In this document: one piece after another, positions 18,412-28,865 of the stretch
Numbering within the stretch: the stretch's first letter is position 1
Layout: each line of letters starts with the position of its first letter
Source of the DNA: Coriobacteriia bacterium
GTDB taxonomy: Bacteria; Actinomycetota; Coriobacteriia; Coriobacteriales; RUG033
Length of the DNA stretch: 64,000 nt
NCBI GenBank assembly: GCA_015655215.1
Contig: JAATFL010000012.1
Span: 140,922 to 204,921, forward strand
Direction of reading: 5' to 3'
Notes under the pieces: model-generated
Databases searched by the model: none
What the model was told of the DNA's origin: nothing
What the model saw: only the letters and a program-made list of their open reading frames with translations
Program-made: the position numbers and the translations under genes

Positions 18412-18561
18412 GGTCACTGCCCGGCTAGAGGCAAATCAGGGCATCTAGCTTGGCGTCGTGTGGCCGTTTTCGTGCAACTGCTGCTACAATGTCCACAATT
18501 GCCATAATCGTACTAAAATTTTACCCCATGGCAATCGCTGGTTGCGTTTGGAAGGAGTTCC

Positions 18562-19029
18562 ATGGACGAGTCCGTGGTCATCGGAATGTTCGAAGAGCTG
18601 ACCGACCTGATCGAGGCGTCGAAGCCGACCCTCGGCAATAGCCAGAAGCGCACGATCGAGATCGGCCCCGTGCTCGATCTCATCGAGGAGATCCGCGATG
18701 CGTTCCCGCCCGAGCTCTCCGAGGCCCGCCGCATCATGCGCAGTTGCCAGGAGCTCATCGATTCCGCGAACGACAAGGCGAACAACATCATCGCCGACGC
18801 GGAGAAGCAGGCGGCGACCATCGCTTCGGAGCAGGAGGTCGTCCGTCTCGCCGACCAGGAGCGCGACCGCATCCTCACCGAGGCGGCCGACCAGGAGCGC
18901 GACATGCGCTATGGGTCGTACGAGTACGCCGATGGCGTGTTCGCGCAGCTTGAGGTCAACCTCGACAACCTGCTCCAGAACGTGAGCAAGTGCCGGGCCC
19001 GTCTCAACGACCAATCGCAGCCGATGTAA
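18562..19029 (+). CDS. hypothetical coiled-coil protein
   Basis: GGAAGGAG RBS. Codon usage is coherent and the composition is charged, heptad-like (ANDKANNIIADAEKQAATIASEQEVVRLADQERDRILTEA). I recognise no catalytic motif. Confidence 0.6.
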   Translation: MDESVVIGMFEELTDLIEASKPTLGNSQKRTIEIGPVLDLIEEIRDAFPPELSEARRIMRSCQELIDSANDKANNIIADAEKQAATIASEQEVVRLADQERDRILTEAADQERDMRYGSYEYADGVFAQLEVNLDNLLQNVSKCRARLNDQSQPM

Positions 19030-19031
19030 CC

Positions 19032-19709
19032 ATGCCACTTCCCAGGTTCTCCGTATCGGTGCTCCCGCGCCTCGCAGGGACGGGCTCCACCATCACCATC
19101 AAGGGCACCATCGAGGCCCCCTCCTACGAGGTGGGCCATGAGAGCTATACCCTGGCGACGGGCGTGGAGTACGATGCCGTGCTCACCAACACGGGCGATG
19201 CCGTCCTCGTCACGGGAATGGCCCACGCCACCGCCTTGACGCAGTGCGCTCGCTGCCTCGAGCTGGCCAGCTTCGAGCTGTCGTGCGAGATCGAGGGCTA
19301 CTACCTGTTCAACGAGGCGAACCCGGTATCCGATGTGGCCGACCGTGGTGCCGATGAGTTCGACGTCCTGGAGATGGACGGGACCATCGACCTCTCCGCT
19401 CCCATCACCGCCGGCCTCATCGTGGAGACGCCCGCCATCCCGCTGTGCCGCGAGGACTGCCAAGGCCTCTGCCCGGTGTGCGGAGCCAACCTGAACGACG
19501 GCACCTGCGAGCACACGGGAGAGGCCGCGGCCGCACATCGGTCGACTCCTGATGGCACGCTTGCGGAAGGTGCCTCCCTTGACGGCGTCGATTCGACGGA
19601 CAGCCCCTTCGCCGTGCTGCGCAACCTCCATCTCATCGACGAGGAGGACGCGGGCTTGGATGCCGACGGTGGCGATGGTCGCGTATCCGGTGGGGATTCC
19701 GAGCACTGA
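19032..19709 (+). CDS. ylbN: YceD/YlbN (DUF177) family protein
   Basis: CARCLE...C...PLCREDCQGLCPVCGANLN is the DUF177 Cys pattern. It lies immediately upstream of rpmF, the conserved arrangement. Confidence 0.85.
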   Translation: MPLPRFSVSVLPRLAGTGSTITIKGTIEAPSYEVGHESYTLATGVEYDAVLTNTGDAVLVTGMAHATALTQCARCLELASFELSCEIEGYYLFNEANPVSDVADRGADEFDVLEMDGTIDLSAPITAGLIVETPAIPLCREDCQGLCPVCGANLNDGTCEHTGEAAAAHRSTPDGTLAEGASLDGVDSTDSPFAVLRNLHLIDEEDAGLDADGGDGRVSGGDSEH

Positions 19710-19848
19710 CGCTTCGGACGGCGCCTTTTACCGCGAACCCTGCACACGCGCATCAGGTGATGGTATCATTCACGTTCGTGCCGTAGAGAGGCGCGTTCAC
19801 CGATACGAAGCAACGGCATCTCCGCCGTTTGTGAGGAAAGGGTTGGAA

Positions 19849-20028
19849 ATGGCAGTACCTAAGCAGAAAACCGGTCGCATGAGCACGCATTCCCGTCGTT
19901 CCGCCAACAGCAAGCTCCCCACGCCGGCCCGTTCGCTGTGCCCGCAGTGCGGTAGCCCCAAGCTCCCGCATCACGTATGCGCCAACTGCGGCTACTACCG
20001 GGACCGCGCGGTCCTCGAAACCGAGTAG
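19849..20028 (+). CDS. rpmF: 50S ribosomal protein L32
   Basis: MAVPKQKTGRMSTHSRRS...CPQCGSPKLPHHVCANCGYY, with a GAGGAAAGGG RBS. Confidence 0.95.
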   Translation: MAVPKQKTGRMSTHSRRSANSKLPTPARSLCPQCGSPKLPHHVCANCGYYRDRAVLETE

Positions 20029-20186
20029 CACCGGCGTCCGTGCGTATCGGCACGCACATCGGTCATAGTCTTTGAAGCAACCGGAGGGCCGACGTCGTCG
20101 ATGATGTCGGCCCTCCGCGTACAGGCGCGCATGGAATCAGGCGATGATCGGCCGATCATCGACATCGACCACATCGAGGAGCCCTC

Positions 20187-21197
20187 ATGCAAGAATCCCC
20201 AGGACCTGCCACCATCGCCGTCGACGCACTCGGTGGGGACGATGCCCCCCGAGCGGTACTCGAGGGAGTGGCCCTCGCCCTGAGGGCGGATTCGGCGCTT
20301 ACCGTGCTGCTCGTCGGCCCAGACGACGTCGTCACTCCCTTCGCGCGCGAGCACGAGCGGTGCGAGGCTCTTCTCGCCACCGAGGTGATCGCGATGGACG
20401 AGCATCCGGCCGAGGCCGTGCGCGCCAAGCGCGACTCCTCCATCGTCGTCGGCTGCAAGGCCGTGCGTGCAGGGGAGGCAGGCGGGTTCTTCTCGGCAGG
20501 GTCGACCGGTGCGTGCATGATGGCCGCCACGTTGCACCTCGGCAGCATCAAGCGCAAGGTCCGCCCTGCACTTGCGACCATCCTGCCGCATCCGTTGGCG
20601 GGGGAGGGCGTGACCGTGATCACCGACGTGGGTGCGAACGCCGACTGGCGCCCCGAGTTCCTCGTGCCCTTCGCCCAGATGGGTGCCGCCTACGCGACCT
20701 CGATGCTGGGTATGGAAGACCCCCGCATCGCCTTGCTCAACATCGGCGAGGAGAAGACCAAGGGGTCCACGGCGGCGCAGGAGGCGTATCGGCTGCTCGC
20801 CCAGCGCGTACCCGGGTTCGTTGGGAACGCGGAGGGAAGCGACCTGCTCTCGGGGCGGTTCGACGTCATCGTGACCGACGGGTACACCGGCAACATCGCC
20901 CTCAAGGCCCTCGAAGGCGCCGGTGCGACGTTGTTCGCCGCGCTGAAGGAGATCATCTACGCCACGCCGGCGACCAAGGTCGCCGGCGTGGTCCTGAAGC
21001 CGCATCTCAAGGGATTGGCCAAGGCCTTCTCCTCCGAGAGCATCGGGGCGGCGCCTCTCATGGGCGTCAAGGGCGTGTGCATGATCGGACACGGGTCGGC
21101 ATCGCCCAAGGCCATCGCCAGCGGCATCGCCACGACCGCCGCGGCGGTGCGGAAGGACCTCACCGGGGCCATCGCCGCCGCCATCGCCGAGTACTGA
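20187..21197 (+). CDS. plsX: phosphate acyltransferase PlsX
   Basis: IAVDALGGDDAP, NIGEEKTKG and TDGYTGNIALK motifs, with a GAGGAG RBS. Confidence 0.95.
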   Translation: MQESPGPATIAVDALGGDDAPRAVLEGVALALRADSALTVLLVGPDDVVTPFAREHERCEALLATEVIAMDEHPAEAVRAKRDSSIVVGCKAVRAGEAGGFFSAGSTGACMMAATLHLGSIKRKVRPALATILPHPLAGEGVTVITDVGANADWRPEFLVPFAQMGAAYATSMLGMEDPRIALLNIGEEKTKGSTAAQEAYRLLAQRVPGFVGNAEGSDLLSGRFDVIVTDGYTGNIALKALEGAGATLFAALKEIIYATPATKVAGVVLKPHLKGLAKAFSSESIGAAPLMGVKGVCMIGHGSASPKAIASGIATTAAAVRKDLTGAIAAAIAEY

Positions 21198-21550
21198 CGC
21201 AATTGGGTTATCATACGACGTGGCGACATGCCGGGCCACGGGGAAGCGCATCATCCCGGTGGTTTGGCTCAGGGCCGCATCGGTGGGATCCGACGTCCTC
21301 GTGACATCTCGTCGAGAGGGTGCTTCCCGCGCATCGACTCCTGCTCCTCGGCACCTGGACCGAAGACCCGTCTGGTCGCGGTCGGGCGGTCCGACCGGTG
21401 TCCGTCCGCGTCGTGCGGTCACGAGGGAGTCCGGTGCATCCGCAATCCGGCCATGGCCTGGCTTGGCATGGCGACGTACGTTTCGTCAAGGTCCTTTCGT
21501 GGCGCGAGAGCGGCGCCACTCAGCATGGCACCGTCAAAGGGGGCACATCC

Positions 21551-21793
21551 ATGAACCGCACGGAGATGTTTGAGAAGTTGCGCGAGAGCGTGGTCGACCA
21601 ACTCGACATCGAACCCGAGAGGATCGTCGAGGGGATCTCGTTCACCAAGGACCTGGGGGCCGACTCGCTGGACCTGCTCCAGCTGATGACCGCACTGGAA
21701 GACGAGTTCGGCATCGCGATTCCCGACGAGGATTTCGAGAAGCTCGACACCGTCGGCGACGTGCTCGACGAGATCGAGAAGCTGTCGGCATAA
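21551..21793 (+). CDS. acpP: acyl carrier protein
   Basis: The LGADSLDLLQLMTALEDEFG phosphopantetheine-attachment motif, in an 80-aa protein. Confidence 0.95.
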   Translation: MNRTEMFEKLRESVVDQLDIEPERIVEGISFTKDLGADSLDLLQLMTALEDEFGIAIPDEDFEKLDTVGDVLDEIEKLSA

Positions 21794-21821
21794 CGAGGCT
21801 GCGAGGGGGCATTCGACAGGT

Positions 21822-22661
21822 ATGGCAAAAGGGAACAAGCCCCAGACGGGCCGCATGTCCTCATCGGAAGTCGCCCTGAGGGTGGAGGCCGCCGAGAAGC
21901 TCGTCTGCCACTCCTTCTCCGACAAGCGGCTCATCGTCGCCGCGCTCACGCATCCCTCCGTCCTCGAGGACGGTCATGATGGCTTCTCGTACGAGCGCCT
22001 CGAGTTCCTCGGGGATTCCGTCGTGGGGCTCATCATCGCCGAGGAGGCGTTCAAGCGCTATCCCGACATAGACGAGGGCGGTCTCACGCGCATCAAGATC
22101 GCCTTGGTGTCGGGGGCGTGCCTCTCGATGGTCTCCGAGAAGCTCGGCGTCGCGGACCTCATCCTGTTCGGTGGCTCCGAGACGGGGACGGGCCGCCGCG
22201 GGCTGCACTCGGCACTCGAGAACGTGTATGAATCCATCACGGCGGCGCTTTACCTCGACGGCGGCATGCCCGTCGCGCGTCGCTGGGTGATGCGGACGCT
22301 GGGGCCATCGATATCCGACGAGTACGCCAAGGTACCCGAGAGCCCCAAGTCCACGTTGCAGGAGGTCCTGCAGGCGCAGCGCATGGAGCCGGAGTACGAA
22401 GTGGTCGGCGAGGCGGGACCTCCTCACGACCGGACGTTCTTCGTGCAGGTGAGCGTCGAAGGGGCTCTCCTCGGCACGGGGTCCGGGCGTTCGAAGAAGG
22501 ACGCCGAGGCCGCCGCGGCGCTCGAGGCCATCGAGCACCTGCAGGGGGAGTCGGCCAGGGATGGCTTCGGCCGCGACGGTGCGGCGGCTTTCGCCGCCGC
22601 GGTTCGCGGAGACGACGCATGCCCCACCGGCATGGAGGCGGACTGTGAAAAAGGCAGGTAG
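21822..22661 (+). CDS. rnc: ribonuclease III
   Basis: ERLEFLGDSVVG RNase III signature and a C-terminal dsRBD (PKSTLQEVLQ...GPPHDRTFFV...GSGRSKKDAEAAAA). The tail is Ala/Gly-rich. Confidence 0.9.
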   Translation: MAKGNKPQTGRMSSSEVALRVEAAEKLVCHSFSDKRLIVAALTHPSVLEDGHDGFSYERLEFLGDSVVGLIIAEEAFKRYPDIDEGGLTRIKIALVSGACLSMVSEKLGVADLILFGGSETGTGRRGLHSALENVYESITAALYLDGGMPVARRWVMRTLGPSISDEYAKVPESPKSTLQEVLQAQRMEPEYEVVGEAGPPHDRTFFVQVSVEGALLGTGSGRSKKDAEAAAALEAIEHLQGESARDGFGRDGAAAFAAAVRGDDACPTGMEADCEKGR

Positions 22662-22668
22662 GTGACGG

Positions 22669-25600
22669 GTGTACCTCAAATCGCTTGTTCTGAAGGGGTT
22701 CAAATCGTTTGCGGACCGCTCGGTCCTGAGCCTCGAGCCAGGGCTCACCGTCGTGGTGGGTCCAAACGGTTCCGGTAAGTCCAACATCTCCGACGCCGTC
22801 CTGTGGGTGCTCGGCGAGCAGAGCCCCAAGCACCTGCGGGGTGACTCGATGGAGGATGTGATCTTCTCGGGGAGCTCGGCGCGTAAGGCGGTGGGCGTCG
22901 CCGAGGTCGACCTCGTCCTCGATAACTCCGACGGTACCCTGCCGGTCGACTTCGAGGAGGTCGTGCTCACGCGGCGCATGTACCGCTCGGGTCAGAGCGA
23001 GTACCTCATCAACGGCTCCCCATGCCGTCTGCTCGACATCCGTGACATCCTCCACGACTCCGGTCTCGGCCGCGACACGCATACGATCATCTCCCAGGGT
23101 TCGCTCCAAGACGTGCTCGACGCGCGCCCCGAGGACCGACGGCTGCTCATCGAGGAGGCCGCCGGCATCCTCAAGCACCGCGAACGCAAGCAGCGCTCCG
23201 CCCGCAAGATCGATGCGATGGACGCGCATCTCGAGAGGGTGCACGACGTGCAGCGCGAGGTGCAGCGACAGCTCAGACCGCTGGAGCGCCAGGCGTCACG
23301 GGCGCGACAGCACGACGAGATCGCCGAGGAGCTGCGCAACCTCGAGCTCTCGCTCGCCGTGGACGACCTTCGCAACCTGCAGGGGCTTTGGGGCGATGCC
23401 GCCAAGGCCGAGAAGGAGGCAGAAGGCGGTCTCGACGTCGCGCGTCTCACCCTCTCGGATCGCGAGCGGGACCTTGAGAAACGGCAGCGCGTGCTCGAGG
23501 AGAAGGGCCTGTTCGTGGGCGACCTCACCGAGCAGCGTCAGCGGTGGCAGTCGGTGGTCGAGCGCCTCGACGCGGGCATCCGCCTCATCGAGGAGAAGGG
23601 CAACAACCTCGTCGACCGGCTCTCCACGCTGCAGACGACGGTCACCACGAGCGAGCGTCGCCTGCATACGGCAAGCGACGAGCTCGCCGACCTCACGAAG
23701 GAGCGAGACGAGAGCCGCGACCGCTTCGCGGCGCTCCACCGCCAACTCGCCGACCTTCAGCGGGAAAGCGAGGCGGTACGCAAGGAGCGTCGCGCGGCGG
23801 ACGCCACCTACTCGAAGGACAGCGAGTCGCTGCGCAACCGCCAGAAGGCAATCTCCGACTGTCGCTCGCGTCTGGCGAAGGTGGAGGAGGGGCTGGCGAA
23901 CTTCGACTTTCAGGACGACCTGCTCGCCAAGCGCGTGAGCCAACTCGACGAGCAGAACGTGGGCGACCGCACGATGCTCGCCGAACGCCGCGACCACCTC
24001 GACCGGATCGAAGGTGACCTGACCACCCAACGGCGCGAGGCCGAGGTGGTGCGCTTCGAGACCGACACCCGCGTGCGCGTGCTCGACGACCGTCGCGCCA
24101 CGCTCACCTCCCTGCGCGATCGGCGCGATGCCCTGCGCGCCGAGGCGAAGGGTCTCGAGGAGGTGGATCGCGCCTTCGAGGCGGCCAGTCCCGCACTTGC
24201 GAGCGTGCTCGCCGACGAGGGGGGGTACCCGGGTGTCAGGAGTCCCGTGTCCGAGCTGTTCCACGCTCCCGAGGACCTCGAGCATCTCGTCGAACACCTC
24301 CTCGGCGCCGACCTCTTCGGCCTCCTCGTCGGCGAGGCGGACGACGCGGGCGCCATCGTCGGGCGCCTGCTCGCCACGAGATCCGCCGAGCAAGGCGAGA
24401 TCGCCCTCGTCCCCATCTCCGGGTCGCATCCCGTCCTTTCCGCGAGCGACCGTGCCCGCGCCTCGCGTCGCGGCACGCACCTCATCGACGAACTGACCTA
24501 CGACCCTTCGCTCGAGGAGGCTGCCCAGTCGCTTCTCGGCGACGTCTACGTCGTCGACGACATCAAGGGCGCCATCGATGCGGTGGCCGCCAACCCGTGC
24601 GGTGCGCGCTACGTCACCCGCGATGGGGCCGTGGCCTGGCCCAACGGCAAGGTCACGCTCGGCATGCAGGTCAACGACATCGACGGCGTGCTCACGCGCA
24701 AGCGTCGCATGATGCAGGTGACCGACGAGATCGCCCAGGTGACGGACCTGGTGTCCGACGCCGAACTCGCCGTGTCCGATGCGGAGCGGGCCCTCAAGGC
24801 CTCGCAGGAGAGCGGGTACGCACTGGCGCAGGCCGTCGCGCAGCTCTCCGGTGAGGCCGATTCGCTGCACGTGGAGGTGGGACGGCTGGAGAAGCAGCTC
24901 GCCGCGCACATGCGCGAGGGCGAGGACGTCACCCGTCAGCGCGCCGACATCGCGCGACGCCGTGAATCCACCCAGCCCCTCGCCGGGGAGCTGGGAAGCC
25001 GCATCGAGACCATCGGCCAGGAGGCCGACGGGATCGAGAGGCGCATCGCCGAGGGGGCGACCGCCCGGCGCGACCGCTTCGAGCGCGAGAACTCCCTCTC
25101 CCAGCAGCTCTCCGCCTGTCAGGTGGAGATCGCCACCATCGCCGAACGCAAGCGGCATCTCGATGACCGGGTCCGGGCGCTCGGCCACGAGGTCACCGAG
25201 CTCGAGCACGTGCTCGACGTCTCCCATGCGACCGAGCGCTCGCTCGACGTGCTGCGCCTGCGCGTCGCCCCCCTCTCCGCGCTGTACCGCACGCTCTCGA
25301 AGGGCGCCGTGGAGAAGGCGAGGATGCTCCAGGATCGCGCCCGCCTCGAGCAGGTGGGGTCCAAGTCGCTCACGGAGACCATCGAGGTCGCCCGTGAAGC
25401 GGTGCGGGGGGCGAAGGAGGTCGCCGACGCCGCGGCCGAGAGCCTCTCGGCCGCCCGTGTGGAGAAGGGCCGGTGCGAGGCGCAGGTCGACGCCGCCGTC
25501 CAGCGCATCGTGCGCGAACAGGGCGTCCCGCTCGACCGCGCGCTCGAGGTCGACCCGCCGGAGAACCGACGGGTCGCCGAGGACCACGCACTACGCCTCG

Positions 25601-26343
25601 GGCGTCGCCTTTCCAACCTGGGGCCCGTCAACCCGGTGGCCCGTCAGGAATACGAGGAGCTCAGGGCACGCAGCGACTACATCGACGCGCAGGTGGCCGA
25701 CCTCGACGCGGCACGCAAGGCGCTTGCCCGCATCGTCTCGGCGATCGATCGCAAGATGCGCAGCGCGTTCCTCTCCACCTTCAACGAGGTCGACCGGAAC
25801 TTCCAGCAGGTCTTTGGCGACCTGTTCCCTGGTGGGAGCGCCTCGCTCTCCCTCACCAACCCCGACGACCCGGATGGCACGGGTGTCGTGATCAACGCCC
25901 AACCGCGCGGCAAGACGATCCGCTCCACGAAGCAGATGTCGGGAGGCGAGACATCGCTCACGGCCATAGCGCTGCTGTTCGCGATCTACAAGGTGCATCA
26001 CGTGCCGTTCTACATCCTCGACGAGGTGGAGGCGGCCCTCGACGACACGAACCTGCTGCGTCTCGTGACGTTCCTCGACGGGGTGCGCAGCGACACGCAG
26101 CTCGTCATGGTGTCCCACCAGCGGCGCACGATGGAGATGGCCGACGTGCTCTATGGCGTCTCGATGCAGGCTGACGGCGTGAGCAAGCTCGTCTCGCAGC
26201 GTCTCGACCGCTCCCAGCCACGCGGCGAGATCGCCGCGACGATCGAGGCCCTCGACGCGGGACGCGGGCAAGGGCTCGTGAGCGCCGACCCGATGCGCCC
26301 CCTCGCGTCCGACCCGACCGCCGTCCCGTGTCAGGAGGTTTAG
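22669..26343 (+). CDS. smc: chromosome segregation protein SMC
   Basis: GTG start. YLKSLVLKGFKSFA...VVGPNGSGKSNI Walker A, long coiled coils, the QMSGGETSLTAIALLFA signature motif and FYILDEVEAALD Walker B. Confidence 0.95.
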   Translation: MYLKSLVLKGFKSFADRSVLSLEPGLTVVVGPNGSGKSNISDAVLWVLGEQSPKHLRGDSMEDVIFSGSSARKAVGVAEVDLVLDNSDGTLPVDFEEVVLTRRMYRSGQSEYLINGSPCRLLDIRDILHDSGLGRDTHTIISQGSLQDVLDARPEDRRLLIEEAAGILKHRERKQRSARKIDAMDAHLERVHDVQREVQRQLRPLERQASRARQHDEIAEELRNLELSLAVDDLRNLQGLWGDAAKAEKEAEGGLDVARLTLSDRERDLEKRQRVLEEKGLFVGDLTEQRQRWQSVVERLDAGIRLIEEKGNNLVDRLSTLQTTVTTSERRLHTASDELADLTKERDESRDRFAALHRQLADLQRESEAVRKERRAADATYSKDSESLRNRQKAISDCRSRLAKVEEGLANFDFQDDLLAKRVSQLDEQNVGDRTMLAERRDHLDRIEGDLTTQRREAEVVRFETDTRVRVLDDRRATLTSLRDRRDALRAEAKGLEEVDRAFEAASPALASVLADEGGYPGVRSPVSELFHAPEDLEHLVEHLLGADLFGLLVGEADDAGAIVGRLLATRSAEQGEIALVPISGSHPVLSASDRARASRRGTHLIDELTYDPSLEEAAQSLLGDVYVVDDIKGAIDAVAANPCGARYVTRDGAVAWPNGKVTLGMQVNDIDGVLTRKRRMMQVTDEIAQVTDLVSDAELAVSDAERALKASQESGYALAQAVAQLSGEADSLHVEVGRLEKQLAAHMREGEDVTRQRADIARRRESTQPLAGELGSRIETIGQEADGIERRIAEGATARRDRFERENSLSQQLSACQVEIATIAERKRHLDDRVRALGHEVTELEHVLDVSHATERSLDVLRLRVAPLSALYRTLSKGAVEKARMLQDRARLEQVGSKSLTETIEVAREAVRGAKEVADAAAESLSAARVEKGRCEAQVDAAVQRIVREQGVPLDRALEVDPPENRRVAEDHALRLGRRLSNLGPVNPVARQEYEELRARSDYIDAQVADLDAARKALARIVSAIDRKMRSAFLSTFNEVDRNFQQVFGDLFPGGSASLSLTNPDDPDGTGVVINAQPRGKTIRSTKQMSGGETSLTAIALLFAIYKVHHVPFYILDEVEAALDDTNLLRLVTFLDGVRSDTQLVMVSHQRRTMEMADVLYGVSMQADGVSKLVSQRLDRSQPRGEIAATIEALDAGRGQGLVSADPMRPLASDPTAVPCQEV

Positions 26344-26345
26344 GC

Positions 26346-27302
26346 ATGTCTTGGACAGAACGCCTCTCGCAGGGCCTCTCGCGTAGTCGCAGACGTCTGT
26401 CGGAGGGCATCAACGTCCTCTTCGACCGCGGCCCGTCGCTCGACGAGGACTTCTGGGATGGCCTGGAGGAGACGCTCATCACCGGCGATGTGGGCGTCCG
26501 GTCCGCCGAGACGGTCGTGGTGAACCTGCGCGACGAGGCGCGGCGCAAGGCGCTCCCCGACGCCCGTGCGGTGCTCGATCTGCTCGACGAGCAGATCGCC
26601 GGCCTCTTCGCGACGGGGGATGCCGATCCCTTCGGAGGCGAGCCGGCGTGCGTGCTCTTCGTGGGAATCAACGGTGCCGGCAAGACCACGACCGTGGGCA
26701 AGCTCGCCAAGCTCGCGACCGGCCAAGGGCGTCGCGTGCTGTTGGGGAGCGCCGACACGTTTCGCGCCGCCGCCATCGAGCAGCTCGACGTATGGGCTCG
26801 GCGTGCCGGGGTCGAGGTGGTGGAGAAGGAGCGTGGCTCCGACCCGGCGAGCGTGTGCTACGCCACACTCGACCGTGCCGACGAGATCGGCGCCGACCTC
26901 GTGCTCATCGACACCTCGGGGCGCCTGCACACGTCGGCGGATCTCATGCGCGAGCTCGCCAAGATGGTGCAGGTCACGCGCAAGCGGGCGACGATGCCCG
27001 TGTACACGCTGCTCGTGATGGACGCGACCACCGGGCAGAACGGCTTGTCGCAGGCGCGCGAGTTCGACCGCGAGCTCGACCTCGACGGCGTCATCGTCAC
27101 CAAGCTCGATGGCACGGCGAAGGGCGGCATCGCGGTGGCGGTGAGCCATGAGCTCGACCTCCCCATCGTCTACCTGGGCGTAGGGGAGTCCATCGATGAC
27201 CTGCGTCCGTTCGATGCGCACGAGTTCGCCTCCGCGCTGATAGGGCGCGATGCGACCGAGTCCGAGCGAAAGGGCGCCCTTCCCGATGACGGGGGCGAGT
27301 GA
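26346..27302 (+). CDS. ftsY: signal recognition particle receptor FtsY
   Basis: AGGAGG RBS at 26333-26338. GINGAGKTTTVGKLA, DTSGRLH and TKLDGTAKGG SRP-GTPase motifs. Confidence 0.9.
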   Translation: MSWTERLSQGLSRSRRRLSEGINVLFDRGPSLDEDFWDGLEETLITGDVGVRSAETVVVNLRDEARRKALPDARAVLDLLDEQIAGLFATGDADPFGGEPACVLFVGINGAGKTTTVGKLAKLATGQGRRVLLGSADTFRAAAIEQLDVWARRAGVEVVEKERGSDPASVCYATLDRADEIGADLVLIDTSGRLHTSADLMRELAKMVQVTRKRATMPVYTLLVMDATTGQNGLSQAREFDRELDLDGVIVTKLDGTAKGGIAVAVSHELDLPIVYLGVGESIDDLRPFDAHEFASALIGRDATESERKGALPDDGGE

Positions 27303-27334
27303 CACCACGCAGTTCACACCGAGGAGGACCGACC

Positions 27335-28711
27335 ATGTTCGATAGCCTATCCGAAAAGCTCCAGGGCATCTTCTCCGGACTCACCTCGAAGGGGCGTCTG
27401 GGCGAGAAGGACGTCGATGCCGCGATGCGCGAGATACGCCTCGCACTCCTGGAGGCGGACGTCAACTTCAAGGTGGTGAAGCGCTTCACCACGGTGACGA
27501 GGGAGCGCTGTCTCACCGCGGAGGTGCTCGATTCGCTCACCCCCGGCCAGAACGTCATCAAGGTCGTCCTCGACGAGCTCACGTCGCTCCTGGGCACCAC
27601 CAGCACCTCGCTCACGTTCTCGAATCGCATCCCCAACGTGATCATGCTGGTGGGTCTGCAGGGCTCCGGCAAGACCACGGCGGCGGCCAAGCTCGCCTAT
27701 CGACTCAAGAAGCACGGGCACGCGCCGCTGCTCGCCGCCTGCGACGTGTATCGACCTGCCGCGGCCGATCAGCTGCAGACCCTTGGCGACGAGACGGGTG
27801 TGCGCGTGTTCCGCGGCGACGGCGCACATCCCGTCAGCATCGCGCGCGACGCCATCCAGGACGCCATCGACAACCTGCGCGACGTGGTCATCGTCGACAC
27901 GGCCGGGCGCCTGCACGTCGACGAGGACATGATGGTCGAGGCCCAGCAGATTCGCGATGCGGTCAAGCCGGACAGGATATTCATGGTGGTCGACGCGATG
28001 ACCGGTCAGGACGCGGTCAATGCGGCCGCGGCCTTCGCCGAACGCGTCGACTTCGACGGCGTGATCATGTCGAAGATGGATGGCGACGCCCGTGGTGGCG
28101 CGGCCCTCTCCATCCGTGAGGTCACCGGCAAACCCATCGTCTTCATCTCGGAGGGGGAGAAGCCCGACTCGCTCGACGAGTTCCACCCTGACCGGATGGC
28201 CAAGCGCATCCTCGGACAAGGGGACGTGCTCTCCCTCATCGAGAGAGCGGTCGAGGAAAGTGACAGACAGGTCTCCGACGAGCAGGCCGAACGCCTGCGT
28301 AAGTCGGAGTTCACCCTCGACGACTTCGTCGAGCAACTGCAGTCGGTACGCAAGATGGGCGGCATCGGGAAGCTCCTCTCCGCACTGCCCGGTGGGAGCA
28401 AGGCGCTCGCATCGGGGCAGGTGGACGAAGGCGAGCTCGATCGAATCGAGGCCATCGTCCACTCGATGACCCCGGAGGAACGCGCGAAGCCCAAGATCAT
28501 CAACGGCCAGCGTCGTGCGCGCATCGCGAGGGGATGCGGCCGCGAGGTGTCGGAGGTCAACCAACTGCTCAAGCGCTTTGCGGACACCAGGAAGATGACC
28601 AAGCAGCTCATGGGTCAGATGAACTCCAAGTCGGGGCGCCGCAAGATGCGCAACATGATGGGTGGCATGAACCCCGATGACCTCGGCGGCTTGATGAAGG
28701 GCATGAAATGA
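27335..28711 (+). CDS. ffh: signal recognition particle protein Ffh
   Basis: MFDSLSEKLQGIF N-terminus, GLQGSGKTTAAAKLA, DTAGRLH, SKMDGDARGG, and a Met-rich M-domain. GAGGAGG RBS. Confidence 0.95.
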   Translation: MFDSLSEKLQGIFSGLTSKGRLGEKDVDAAMREIRLALLEADVNFKVVKRFTTVTRERCLTAEVLDSLTPGQNVIKVVLDELTSLLGTTSTSLTFSNRIPNVIMLVGLQGSGKTTAAAKLAYRLKKHGHAPLLAACDVYRPAAADQLQTLGDETGVRVFRGDGAHPVSIARDAIQDAIDNLRDVVIVDTAGRLHVDEDMMVEAQQIRDAVKPDRIFMVVDAMTGQDAVNAAAAFAERVDFDGVIMSKMDGDARGGAALSIREVTGKPIVFISEGEKPDSLDEFHPDRMAKRILGQGDVLSLIERAVEESDRQVSDEQAERLRKSEFTLDDFVEQLQSVRKMGGIGKLLSALPGGSKALASGQVDEGELDRIEAIVHSMTPEERAKPKIINGQRRARIARGCGREVSEVNQLLKRFADTRKMTKQLMGQMNSKSGRRKMRNMMGGMNPDDLGGLMKGMK

Positions 28712-28772
28712 CGGTTCGTGCACGGCTGGCCGCCCGGTGAGCCCGGCTGCGTGGGCCAGTCGTCATACGGCG

Positions 28773-28800
28773 TGGTCACCGCTCGCACTTGACGTATGAT
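28773..28800 (+). promoter_or_regulatory. candidate sigma-70-type promoter for rpsP
   Basis: TGGTCA (28773-28778), a 16-nt spacer, then TATGAT (28795-28800), 66 nt upstream of the rpsP start. This is a pattern match only. Confidence 0.3.
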
Positions 28801-28865
28801 AGGACACTGTCTTGTTGTGTAAACGCGGACGCATCGGGCGCCTGCTGGAGTAGAGGAGTTTCAAG

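Noticed and set aside
23296-25587. A 763-aa ORF antisense to smc. Similar long antisense ORFs occur at 15197-17029 (recG), 35785-37416 (ppdK), 50039-51934 (tsf/pyrH) and 58499-60022 (nrdJ).
   Set aside because: The same reasoning applies. They mirror strongly supported sense genes and are compositional artefacts of high GC.
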